DNA of 64,000 nucleotides from Takakia lepidozioides. Its lineage: Eukaryota; Plantae; Bryophyta. The stretch covers positions 32,612,001 to 32,676,000 of the forward strand of contig CM060731.1 in NCBI GenBank assembly GCA_030704615.1. The letters run 5' to 3'. Below are positions 33,601 to 46,700 of the stretch, one piece after another. Position 1 is the stretch's first letter; every line of letters starts with the position of its first letter. The translations under genes were made by a program, and so were the position numbers. Below the pieces are notes generated by a model that did no database searches, had not been told where the DNA came from, and saw nothing but the letters and a program-made list of their open reading frames with translations.

Positions 33601-36600
33601 GGATTGAGTTAGTGTTCACATGACCCTTCTTTTTTATTCAAGCCCACTCTAGTCCTTGGTTGTGTTGATTGTGATGGGTTGATGTATGGGTAGCTTTGTT
33701 TGCCAGCGTCGGTTAGTTTTTTGTGGTGGCAAGTTCATCATCTGTAAGTTAAGATAAGAGATGGTCTAGCCTGCAACTGCTATGCTCAGGGGCCTGATGA
33801 TTCTGTAGCAGCTGGATCCTGTACCTTTTGGTTCATGAATCATCTGGGTGGTGTTTCAAGATAATTTTGAAACACTTAATTGTCTTATGGATGCTTCGCA
33901 AGCAATGTGATTCATGTGTGCAAGTTTCCAGACCCCACTCTGGATCAGCATCATGCACTCTCTTGAGAATATTTTCCTTGCAACCGTCTGGCAATTCCAA
34001 TTCAAGTGGGAAAAGTTTATTTATGTGTCGTTTGCCTTTCCTGCTGAATCAAAGTTAATGAAGGACAGCTTTTGCTCTAGGCAGGGCTCCTTATGAAGGT
34101 GGTTAACCAGAGCTTTTGGGAAAGCAGGTGGTGCAGTTCCAGTGGGTGGAGCAGGGTAGCAGAATAGCAGATGGTGCTTCTACCTCTCGATTTGTTGACA
34201 TTGGAATGGGGGCTCTGGGTGACAAATGGGTGTATGTTGGAGGCAAGCGCACTCACACTCATGATGTGAGGGCCTTGGCCATGGCCTTCCCATTGGTTGT
34301 TCAGCAAGGTGAGATGGGTCTTAATACGTTTTTCTCCTATAGCTTCTAACTGCTATCTTTCTGCATTGCTCCAACTTTGGGTCCCATAGAAAGGAAGTTC
34401 ACTTTTTCGGATTTTGGTTGCCCACTAGGGGTTTTGTATCTGAGAAGTAATTCTGGGAGATGAGAGAAATCTGGAGGCATGAGTTATATATGTTCTCTTG
34501 CTTGTCTGGCAATCGCTTTGATTTGGGTATTGTATTTTGTGTGATGAAACAAGGGAATCAGAGTAAATGCACACCATGTGGATGACTTGTGTAAATGTGT
34601 TTATAGATCTGCCAGGAGCCAAGAGGAAGAGAAATAGGTGGCGCATGAATAACAAGAAGTTGGGTCCCTTGGATCATAGGAAGTGGGCACAGCCCGGCAC
34701 TGCAATGCTTATCTCAGGAGGCAATGATTCCAAACTTTTTATATACCCGGCCAATGCATTCCTCTCATTCCATCCCTATGATATTTGTCCAGCTCCTCAG
34801 CGTCCCTTCATACATCTGGCCTGTGAGTCAACAATGAGGGGAGGCACATTGATGATGGCGCAGCATCCGACTTGGGTTGATGTTTGGAAGATCTGCACCA
34901 AGCGGTCAGCAGCCTCACAGTCCATAAATGGAAATGGCCTCTGTGCTGACCCTGCTGTCTTAGGGAAACGGAAACGAGAAGTGGGGAAGGCAGTGGACCA
35001 GAACCAATCGAAAATGTTAAAATGTAATGGTAGGGCAGAAGCTGCCATGGTTGTTGAGAACTATGGCAATGGGGATTTGTCGAAATATCATCCAAGGGTC
35101 ATGGAGAAGGCTCAGGGCACGGCTCAGGGCACGCCTCCAGTTCTCCTCGCAAGGATAAAATGTAAAACAGCTGAGCATATCAGATGTAGTGCCATATCAG
35201 GCAATGGTCGTCTAATTGCATTTTCTGACTGTGTGAGACCTCGGTTATATGAGTTGGAGCAGCAGCAACACATTCACATCAATGTGCCAGATCAAAAAAC
35301 GTGGAAGATTAAAAAGAGAAAACTTCCAGCAATCTTGCCGGCTGCACACTGCCTGGTGTTTAGTGTTGACTCCACACGGCTACTTGTTGCTTGCCCACTG
35401 GGGTTGATTCTGGTATGTGTTGTATTTTCCTGTTGTCTCTTGTTGAGAAATTTTGCTGCGTATGGGTTGTCTGTCCTAATCTGTCTCCTGGTTGGCATCA
35501 AGTCTTTTCTGTTGTCAGGTTCATTGTATTTTTTCTCTCTCAAGTCCGTAGAAATCATCCCACCCAACTCGAAAAGGCTAATGCTATTTAAGAAGAACCA
35601 AGGAGAACGTGGATGCTGAGGAATCAAATCCTTTTGCTACGTCTCACTCTGCCAGGGTTTTGAATATGCATGTCTGTTGAGATACTTTTGAGAGCGGTTG
35701 ATTATTGCTGAAGGGCCTCACCACTATTAATTGGCAGAGGTCCTCCGTGTACTTGTGACCAGTTACTTGGAGGTATTTTGCTGAGAATGTGTCAGTTTCT
35801 GAGAGTCCTACTACATTGTTCTCTATCAGGCTATTTTGGATGGACCTGTGATATTCTGAGAGGGTGGCAGGTGGTGGACATTGAGGATGCGGATGTAGTA
35901 CACACATTTCAAGTTCCCTCCCAAAACTCTGTTCCTAATCCAGCAAGTTCTCCTATAACACTCATGTCTACTAGTCCTGATGGCCAATGGCTGGCTGCTG
36001 CCACAAGCTCTGGCCATATCATCGTCTTCAACTTGGAAACCTTCCGGTGAGCATCTTCACAAATTTGTGATTCAAAAGTGTTGAATGTGCGCTATATCTA
36101 CACAACAGCTTTGAAGCTAGGAATATTCTCAGCTGGCTGTGAGGAAGATTTGTGATGCTGTCACCTGGATGGCCTTACATCTTGACGTCTCCCATGTAAT
36201 AGGGGTTTTTCGTCACCAAAAGCTCAGTCTGGTGACAGTGTCATTGTGACAACGCTCTTAGTCTTTCTTTCTTTAGCGATATTTCCTGGGTTAAGAAAGG
36301 AAATGAAGGGAGGAAATTGCAGGACAGGCCACTAAGTCTGAGGATGATCATATGTGCTGGTGAGGGCAGCATTGTTTGCCAATGCACCCTAATCACTAAA
36401 ACCAAAAACTTTGATCCTGAAGACTTTGTGTGGTGGATGTGTTTCAAGATAGTACATTTTGCATGTGGTGGGTATATATGACAGGTTCTTGAAATGTCAC
36501 ATTTTGTCAGTAGCCTGTTCTAAGTCCAGTTTCAATTTAAGTCAGTCATGCACAAGTGAAGCAACATGTGAAAATTCGTGGTACCTCGCAGGGATGTTGC

Positions 36601-37858
36601 ATCATGGTTCCCAGCTATATAGCTTGTTAATGTTAAGTTCTGATATCCGAAATAGTCAAGTGCACTGCTGTAGTACATGCAAGCAGGCAGGGAGTGATAC
36701 AATGTGGTCATGGTGTGGGGGGATAGGCATCATTGGACTGTACCCGTTCTGGATGGAACTCCTGCAACAGCTGCAGTCTTCCACACCGGCAGTAGTAATG
36801 CGCTTGTTGTAAGCAGTGCTGCCAATCGGATACATGTTTTGGATGTGGAGATGAAGGCTCTTGGTGAGTGGTCCAAGCTCAATAGTTTGAAAATTGCCAA
36901 GCACCTGATGGATTTTCCAGGGGGTATTGTGGGTTTGTCTGTTGCGCCGTCAACAAAGTCTACCTCCATCATCGCTTACAGCTCCAGGTTGGAACCTTGA
37001 GTTTTCCCACCTGATCATGTCTGGTCTTTGTTGGTGTCTTTGCAGCCAAGGTGATCTCACTGTTGGTTCAGAGTTCTATCAGAAAGTAAAGGTCTTGCCA
37101 TTAATGTTTCTGTTCCTTGATAGGGTTTCTATGTCTGTTCTGCTTATAGGGGACCTCTGTGAACTTCTAAAATTTTTCCCCTTCCTCTTGCTTGTTCTTC
37201 ATTTAATCCCAAAAGTTCTCGAGCTTTTCTGCGGACGTGTAAGCTTTCTAGATATAAACCACTGACGTCAACTGTTAAATAACCTATGTTTTCATGGGGC
37301 ACAAAACTAGAGTAAATTCTATTCTGAATTGGGATGCTGGTCGGCAATAGGCTGGGGCACATGGCCAGGGTGTTTGTAATGGCCAACCCACAAATGACAG
37401 TGAAATAACCTTGTCTGGGTCCGGGACTGCAAGTGCATCCCTTTTCCCTTATCTCTCTTTTCAACTACTCTTCCCCTTTCGTGTGCCAAATTATCACTGT
37501 AAATGTTGCTCTTTAATTGGAATCTGAAATGTGCAGTGCAATGTGTCACATCGACTTCAAAATGCCCATAAGGGATGACGTGGAAGACAGTCAGCGTGAT
37601 GCAGGCGAGACAGGAAGAGCGAAGGCACTGGAAAATGGAGAGAAGCATGTATATGCAAATGGTGATGGAAAGAATCATGTTTCAAGTATCATTACTAAGA
37701 AGCCTATGGGCACCAATTTTGTGATAATTCCATTCAAGGATCCGGTGTTGTTTTTGGGACATACCGACTGCAACGCTGCCCTGGTTGTGGAGAAGCCATG
37801 GATAGAAATATTGCGACAGTTTCCAGCCCCTGTATTTAGGCATGTTTATGGCACGTAG
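30619..37858 (+). CDS. PCN: WD40-repeat protein PCN / UTP4 (cirhin) homologue; exons 30619-30780, 31315-31458, 31652-31925, 32193-32256, 32801-32914, 33285-33447, 34128-34308, 34607-35412, 35871-36045, 36727-36987, 37537-37858
   Basis: [21 protein letters not shown]...[12 protein letters not shown]...[44 protein letters not shown]...[12 protein letters not shown]; GT-AG junctions keep the frame. Confidence 0.92.
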
Positions 37859-38799
37859 GTAACATCAAGGTGTCATCTTTTTGAGAAGTAACGGATGTTA
37901 CCAGTCTGCTTTAATTGTATGATATGAGATCAATCTTGTCACAGTCTGCCACTAATTTTCTGTTTGTCCATGTCACTGGTCTTCGAACTGATCATTGTGA
38001 ATAGATCTCAACATAATGCAGATTGCGGGTCTATTTGTTGTGTGGGAGGAGTAATCGTGTACTAAATTATAGGATAACTGAATAAGTTAGAGTTGTGGAC
38101 TAGTACTTAAGTTGCCAGGTTTAGGGGACCCCTACGCAGAGATATAGAAGGGAACCCTTGATTTGGAAAATCCTTTACCCCTTGTGGTTTTATGCTACAT
38201 ATAACCTTGAGATCGTCACCACAGCCCCTGATGCCGTTGGGTATGCTATCTCCTTATCCAGGCTGAACAGGTGCTTCAGTAGGGAAGATATAGCAATAAT
38301 GCAAGCGAGCATGCAATCTCGGATGGAATGGTATGCAGGCTTAGGTCAGTCAATTTTCCCCCACCCCATCTTGAGAGTTCACTTTTGAGATCCTTGACAC
38401 TCTAATTGGTCTTACATCATCAAAGCTTTAAGTGATGATTAGTGTGGTCACCTTTAAGATGCCTAGTGGAAACTGGCAGGTCTTCTCAACTTCAACATGC
38501 CGTCATGGAATTTGATTAAGCATTGAAAGGAATTAACGTCAGACAAGAGCCAGGGCAATCCAGAAAAAATTGGGCCTTGTGTCTCATAGCTAAGTACCAT
38601 CACCATCATTTTACCAAGAGACTACTCATCACTACACAGCAATGATTAGCAGTCTAATTGAAATTGAGTCTATAATAGGGGATTGGGGATTTATCATGCC
38701 GCCGGCAACTAGCAAATTACCGTCAGATCGGACTCCTACTATTGTTTTCCTTTCAGTAGAACTCAGTGGTCACTTCTGTTCTTCACAAAGGAGCCACTA

Positions 38800-39999
38800 G
38801 GAGTCTGCTGGAGGAGGGTTTGCCCAATCCGCTCGTCGGTCTGCTAGAGGGTCTTCCTGTCGGCTAGAAGGTTGGAGTCGGTTTGTTGGAGAGTCTGCCC
38901 AGTCTGCTAGAAGATCCGCCACAATAAATGAACAAGGACTTAGAAAAATTTCAGAATCTGGGCGGTGACTGGCAGGTGGGCTTATGAGCTCACCCCATAC
39001 TGGCGGGCCCATAGGTGCATTCAAGTCGCTAATATCAAAAAATGACAGGCGGGGCCATGAAGGCAGAAGGAAAGAGGTTATTTTCTCCTCTCTTTGTGAT
39101 TAAGCATGGGCCTGATTAAGGGAGTATATTTTTGTTGATTTGAAAAATTATTTTTAGAAGATGGCACATAGAGATCATAAGTGGGTTTTATGAGTGGTGT
39201 TGCTTAGAGTCCCTATGCCAACCGAAATGCTGATGTGATGGGTGAAGTTCCCCCCTAAAGTGCCCCCATGGATCCATTTGTGTAACTGGAATCGATGGAT
39301 GTATCTTCTGAGTTATGGATGAAATAATGCGCCGAGACATCGCATCACCATTATTCTCACCCAACCTTTTTCTTAGAACGTTTCTCTGGCATCATTTTTT
39401 GGAGCTTCCTTGTACATAGATTATCATGTTCTTTCTGTGCAGATGTCTCAAATTTGCATTAATCTTCAATTTTCTTCTTGAGCCATGCAATGGCCGCCAG
39501 GTTGCGGATTGCTAAGCTCCACTGTAGAAAATCTCAAACAGTTGTGTGTGATCAATCTGATAAGAGAAAACAAGTGTAAAATCCTTGTGACAGCAGAGCG
39601 GACTAGGCACACCCTCCTCCAGCAGACCTCCAACAGAGCGGACTGGGCACACCCTCGAGCCGAACGGACTTGCAGACCCTTCGACAAAAAATTTAGTAAC
39701 ACACATTACTGCCAGGGTACAACCCCACGATTTGAACACCAAACGTGTTCATTGCTCTTAACCACCACACTACCCGCCACTCCCGCCACTTTCTGCCAAC
39801 CCCTACAATAACTGATGCTGTATGTGCATATTGTGGGCCCCAGCAGACGAGCTTGCGGGGCAGACCCAGCAGCAGACTGGCCGGGTAGGGAGGATGGCCG
39901 GTAGGTGCTCCCACCCTCCGCGACCCCCTATACAACACGCGGGCCCGCCACAGCCACACGCGCGGGCAATCAACACACTAATATTGTTCAATGAGAAGC
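38800..39999. mobile_element. Truncated relic of a related MULE family (one terminus, no coding capacity)
   Basis: 39941-39999 (gggccc...gccaca...aatgagaagc) resembles the right terminus of the large MULE. Inverted pair gtctgctggaggagggt..gcc.a.tccgctc at ~38803 and ~39596-39627. Same AGTCTG/CAGACT motif. Confidence 0.6.
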
Positions 40000-40721
40000 C
40001 ATGGCCCCTCTCAAGGCCAGTTACTGGTCCCTAAAAAACCTTGCCTCCTGGGGCACCACCCACGGGAGGTCCTTCATTCATGTCACGGCAGTATTTGGCT
40101 GTGGCTTTTACTGCCATACATTCCCATGTATCCTTCTGTTTAAAATTTTCTTTTCGAAGCCAAAAAGGCCTAGAGAGGGCACGGCCCGATCCTGGGGTCC
40201 CTTTAGTCTGACTAACAAAATGTTTTTGCGATGCTATCTGAACAGATTCGCACGTTTAAGGAATTCTATTACTTGTAAGCTAACAGATAAAAGTTTGTGT
40301 GGACAATGAGGACTTTAACTTGTCTGAACAACTCCATGGTTATAGGATACATCCCACAACCATTCTGCAACTAATGACAGAATTTTAACAACGATTTCAT
40401 AACGAAGAGTACAACGCATACAAGCCTCTAGGGTGCCAGGCATCTGTGTTCCAGAAGGTGTAATTGATGTACAGGCCATATCATAATATTCAGTCAAAAG
40501 TTCTAGCATTCCCTTATCTTCTCAGTAAAATGTTGTTTTGAAGCGCACATGTGGTTTCAAATATCTACAATGTTTTTGAGCATGATTGAGTTATTGACCT
40601 TGGTTCTACAAAAGGGGTATCTATGTGGTCAATCTCAAGTAGGAGCAGATCACACAAGACATACATCTAGAGAGAGAGGGAGAGAGAGAGAGGGGGGGGG
40701 GGGGGGGAGGGAGAAGAGATA

Positions 40722-43700
40722 CTATGCCTTTGTTCCAGCCCCACACAATCCCAGTCTGCTGACAAGATAGTGGCCCTTTCTAGCTTCCTCGTCAATTTGT
40801 TCTTCCGTTGCCTTGACTTTGGCTATCGCTTTGTCGAGACGTTCCTCTGCCTTGGAAATTGCGCTGTTCAGGTTTTCAATCTCCTTGCGTAACTCCTCGA
40901 TCTTTTGAGAAAACTCAAAACGGAGCATCTTTTTCTGGTTCTGTATATCCATCTCGCTTGCTGGCGCCCAGCTTGTCAGAGACGCCGCCTCCTCGGCTGG
41001 AACTGTTGGGAATCTTATCACAGGCTCTTCCCTGCCAGTAGTCAAACCAGAGTTGGTTAACTTGAGGGCTCTTTCCTCATGACAACCCTTCTGCCACAAA
41101 GCTTTTTACACCCCCAGAAGACCAAAGGCCTTCCCAAAGAGAATTCAAATCCAAAAACAACAAAGAAAAGAAAAAGAAAAAGAAATTTACAGAAATTTCC
41201 TGGTGCTGGAAGAAGAACCTTCAATCAGCATGGCAATTGACAGTCGTGATTTCGGTTTTGTTGAGGTTGATCTGTAATCCTTTGTGAATTCCTCCACAAT
41301 GCGGAGGTGTTTTTGTAAGCAGCACAACATCATCAGAATGCAGAAGCACTGACGTGTTGGACTCCCATCCAAGGGCAACTCCACTCCATGGTTTTTACAA
41401 TGAAGCTCTCTAAAGAGAGTTGGTGATAGAAATGAAGTGATACTTTATCACATCCCAGAAAGCTCGAATAGCTTATGGGACAAAATGAATGAAACAAGAA
41501 AGAGAAATGAGATGGCTATCCATAAGACAGATAGGACGAAACTATAACATGCACAGGAAGATGGGACAAACAAAAGGAAAGGAAAGGAAATGAAATGTCC
41601 GCGGAAAGCTCAAAAGGAAAGAACCAAAACGAAACTAAACTCAACTCTATACCGTTTGAGGGAAGCCAAAAAAGTAGTAGGTCCCCCAACAGAAGGAGAG
41701 AAATGAAATGAAATGAAATGGGCTTTATAACAGAAAGAGAGAGAGAGGAACTTTATAAGGTCCACTGCCAGGAAAGTGAGAAGAGAACCTTCTTCCAAGC
41801 TCCATGCAATCTTTGTCCCGAATAAGCCCCCCGTCAAGGGATACTGCCCCTGCTGTTATATGCTGCTTGGCTTCGAACATGTGAACTGCTGTGTCATAAA
41901 CCTGCAAAAACGAGAATAGCTTGAAGAAAACTGATTCTCGGATTTGGACATGCGATGGGTGAAGATGGACAAGGTTGACTGCATATCCTAAAAATCCGTC
42001 TGGACCTGGGCCTTCAGGACTCCCTGGCCTTGAGATGTTGAGTAGTTTCTGTGGATGGTTGTTATCGACAACTGGCAAGCCATCACGATGCCTGTCAAAA
42101 GTCCAGGGAGATCTTTTGTCAGGATCGCATGTAGTTTGAGAGACGAACAATAGAAATGAAATGAAATGGAAGAGAGAAGGGGTGATCAGTCCACCCATGC
42201 CATATCCAAAGGTAGCCTTGTGGAACTTGTAATAAAAGATGGGAGGCTAACAAATACAGGGAACCTAAACTGGTCAGAAACTCTCTCTCTCTCTCTTTCA
42301 TGAGCTCCCCTGGGTGTTATAAAGTTTCTTCTCTCTTAAGTACCGTTTCACTTCATTTTGGTGGAGGTCCCCCTCTCTCTTTCAAGCTTGCACAGGGCAC
42401 AACCAGGAAATTGAAACTGAAGGACACTTCTTCTATTGCCCTCTATACTACGAGATCCATGGGAGACTGTCTATTCCGCGGAACCCAATCTCTCACTGAA
42501 GTCTTCCACTATGAGGATCAGAAATGCTTGGCAGCTTACCTGCACAAGGCCTTCACCCTTAGACAATCACTCGAGCAATAGTTTTTATTCTTGGCTCTGG
42601 TTTTGTTTCCTCTCTCATATTATCTTCCATTTTATCCCATAAGCTCTATGAGCTTTCCCCGGACGTTATAAAGACCATTTCATTTCATTTCATTTCATTT
42701 CATTTCATTTCATTTCATTTCATTTCATTTCATTTCTTGTTTCTTGTCCCATAAGCCTTCAAGTCGTTGTTTTGTTTTAGAGTATCATTTCATTTCTTTC
42801 TCCTCTCACTGAAGTCTTTCACTATGAAGATCAGAAATGCTTGGCAGCTTACCTGCACGAGGCACTCACCCTTAGACAATCACTCGAACAATAGTTTTGA
42901 TCTCTGGCTCTGGGTTTTTGTTTCCTCTCTCATGTTTTCTTCCATTTTGTCCCATAAGCTCTATGAGCTTTCCGCAGACGTCATAAAGCACCATTTCATT
43001 TCATTTTCTATCTTATTTGTTGTCCTATAAGCCCTCTAAGCTTTCTATGGACCTCTTCTAAACTTGCTATGTAACTTGGGAGTGATTACCTGGTTTCATT
43101 TACAAAAAGCACCTGGAACCTGCCAGAGATCTTCAGGTTCTGACTTTGAGCAAAACCATGAAGGCCTGCGCTCTCATCAATCTTCCTATTAAGATCGTAC
43201 ATCTCCAAACACTTCAAACCCTTCTCAGATTTGCAGACTATCATCAGCATCTTCTCTAGCCCCAGAAAATCTGCGAGTGCCCTGTAGACCATAGACCAAT
43301 ACAGAAACAACACAGGAAGTTACAATTTGCTACTCTCACTTCTCTATTCATTGTAATAAACTACCTGATTATAAGATCAACAGGTCACAATGCATGGAAC
43401 AGAGAACACTCCATGGAGTAGTATACTGTACCAATGAGGGATGGGGCATATGACCTGTGGGATATAGGCCTCCACAGCCACTCGTGGGGCCTGTGGTATG
43501 GAGAAGATGTCACAGCTAATGGCAACCCCAATACAGGGCTGGCACTGCCATTATTCTAGACAGATGATTTGACCCAATCATACTAGAAAGAATACTGTTA
43601 ACTATTGATATGGCAACCCTTTATCTCACCACACAATGACACATGACACTGCCAGTTAGTAGTACCTGTATGGAGAAAAGGAAAATGGCAACCGTATGTT

Positions 43701-46700
43701 GAAAAATTGCCATCGAAAGCGAGAATTGCCCTACCAAGCCTTACTTGATACAAGAAACTTCCAATGCATACGTGTGGACAAGCATGTAGAGACAATCTCA
43801 CCGGCTTAGTAAATCACTTTGGACGGAAGCCAACAAGGCCACAATGCCAAGAATCTCACTGCCTTCCCTGCCAGAGGCATGAAGGTAGTTCCCTTCCTTG
43901 ATAGCATCCAAGAGTATGCTGGCAGCATGGGTGCCAGGTGGACTGCCTTGCATTTTGACATCATCAACTGCTTGTTTTGTTGTGTACTTGATTTTTTGCA
44001 TTCTCTCCCATAAAGAAACAGCTCCACACTGTGCACCTTCTACCTTCACTTGATCATCCAGCTGTCTCAGCTGCCCTGGTTTTCCCCACAACCCCATTCT
44101 TTTCAATGTCAATATTTTTTGAAGTTATGAAGTTTTCTTATGAGATCCGGGGGAGATATTCCAAGGTAGCCAATCTCTCACAAAGCTGTTCCATTAGGAG
44201 GATCAGCAAAGTTCAGCAGCGTATCTGCATGTGGCACTCACTCTCAGACAATCCCTTGATCAATACTTGGTTTTGGGCTGCTTGTTGAGGACCCCACTCT
44301 CTTTCTTGTCTCATGCTTTCTCTTGTGCCATAACTTTGAGCTTTCTGTGGATGTTGATGATGTTCTTTCACTGTCCTTTCTACTATGAGATCCATGGGAG
44401 ACTCTATTTTCTATTCTGAGATACCCAATCCCTCACTGAGGTCTTCCATCATGAGGCTTAGCTGCATATCTGCCAAGGCGTTGACTCTTAGACACACCCT
44501 TGAGCAGTAATTGTGTTTGGGCCCCTCTCTCTTTCTTGTTTCATGCTTTCTCTTGTCTCATGAGCTCTTTGAGCTTTCCACGGACATTTTAAAGTATCAT
44601 TTCATTTCCATAATCTCGTCAACAGTTAAGGTTAAGAAGAGTAAGAAGAAAGCTGATTTGCAACTGACAAAGGAGCTCATGAGGTTTAGGGTTGAAGGCA
44701 TAACACCTTCATGAACGGGCATCTGGTGAGCAAGTAGAAAGGAAGTCTGGTTAATGTCAAAGAAAGGGTCTCTCTTTTCTGACCTTGGTAACAGTCAGTG
44801 GCATCCTCTCCATGTTTCTTTGTCTTCTGGAGCTGTTCGATTTCGTCCTCTAGTTGCTTCACTTTCCGGCCCTGTCTCCTTACCTTCTCCCTAAGGCTCT
44901 GATTGGAAGCAACTTCACATTAGTCCAGTAATATAATGGAAGATTGTCTTTGGTGTGAGAGACAATACTATTCTATTACCTCATATACAGACATAAGGTT
45001 CAGAAAAGACAACAGAAGGCCTGTTATGGAAAGCAAGGCTTTTGATTTGTGCACTACACTGTGGGGAGGTAATGATGTATTTATTTACCTGCTGGTGCTC
45101 AAGTGTGGTTTGAATCTGCACCCGCACGGCATTGTCTGGGCTCGCCTGTACATCTACAGGAAAAGCGACCTCTTCATGTACAATTGAGCACAGAGGGGCT
45201 GCTGTAGCAATAAGCTCCACCTGGTATAGTCACTTGTCAACACAATCCCTTGGAAGAAAGGCAGGTTTCCTTGTGTGATAAGGATATATGAGAACAAGAA
45301 GAAGAATGCAGTTTCTGTCTGTCTTGTCAATACCCTTTCTATCTCATCTCTTTCATGTACTATTCAAATCTAATACACTCAATCCTTGAAGATGGACAGG
45401 TCAAGTTGTGTCAATGGTCCCTTTGTGCACAAACATACATTACCAAAAAACTTTGTGCCTTTCACCAGAACTTGAAGTAGAGGAGGACAGCAACACTCAA
45501 CAAGGGAGTTTAATGATAAATTCCTACTTCGCTCTTATCCAAACCTTCAGAGAAGTCTGTAGGCCAGGGGTAAGAGAATATGCCACCACCCCACGCCAAA
45601 GTCCGGGTATTCTTGGAAGATCAATAGCAGGCAGGCTGCAGGATCCATGCCGAAGTGGTATAGATATGGTGTTGTTCCAATCCAGTATGAGTGTGTGTGC
45701 GGATCCATCCATTTCTTGATCCACTTCCCCATTGTCATTGATCACTTCAACAATCACTCCTTCAAGTTGGGTGCCCATGTCTGCGAACTCTGGCACCTGA
45801 TTCATTGCACAATATCACATGCAGTCATCTCTGTGGAATTTCTTTGCATTTACATTGTAAGCTATTCTCCAAGAAAGAGGAAAGAGTGTACATTTCTGGT
45901 GCGAAGAGTTCGTTTAATGATGTTGAAATCAATCTCCCACAGAGAGTCACCGCCATATAAGTGTATTCCAATAGAACCTGTGACACATTATTTGGAGGCT
46001 TAGAAAACGTTCAGATAAGAATCCTTAACGTATCAACATTCTGTAAGACTGCAAAACAAGGATAGCAAGACTAGTTTGAGAAGAGTGGCCAGCAGCTTGT
46101 GTCTCTCGCTGTGCCCAGTGGATGTCACAACCTCTGTTCTTCTCTTCCCTCCCCCTCTTTCTTGTACCATTTCATTTTCTCTGTCCCGTAAGCTCTTTGA
46201 GCTTTCCACGGACTTTATAAGGTACCATTTCATTTCATTTCCAACACAAAGAACATTTCTTAGGAGCTATCTTCACTCATACACAACAAAACAAGACCAC
46301 ATTATGAATCTCAAACGAAAGGGTCACCTCTTCCACCATAACCAGCTGTGACCCTTAGTAGCCCTCCAAGCACAATACATCCATGCTCATCAACCTGCAA
46401 TATCATGCTCAAACCCAGGTCTTGTACTATTTCAGTTGGATATAATTGAAAATAATTTTATCACCACAGTGAAGGAGGATCCAAATCAATCATGCTTTTC
46501 ATATGAGCATGGATAATTCATTTGGACCAAAAACATGAAGATAGGTTGCAGGTGTGCACAAGAGCATCTAGCACATGCATTTGGAAGTTCTATGCCAAAA
46601 ACGGTTTGAGCTATGCACCTTTCTCATGTTGCCCTGCTTGTCTAGGAATTGAAGCCCCTCCAGATTGAATCTTACTCCCTCGCCTCTCTCAACAGCGTTT

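Noticed and set aside
40003-40186. Small MITE with ggcccctctcaaggcc / ggcctagagagggc ends
   Set aside because: Short imperfect inverted match with no TSD.
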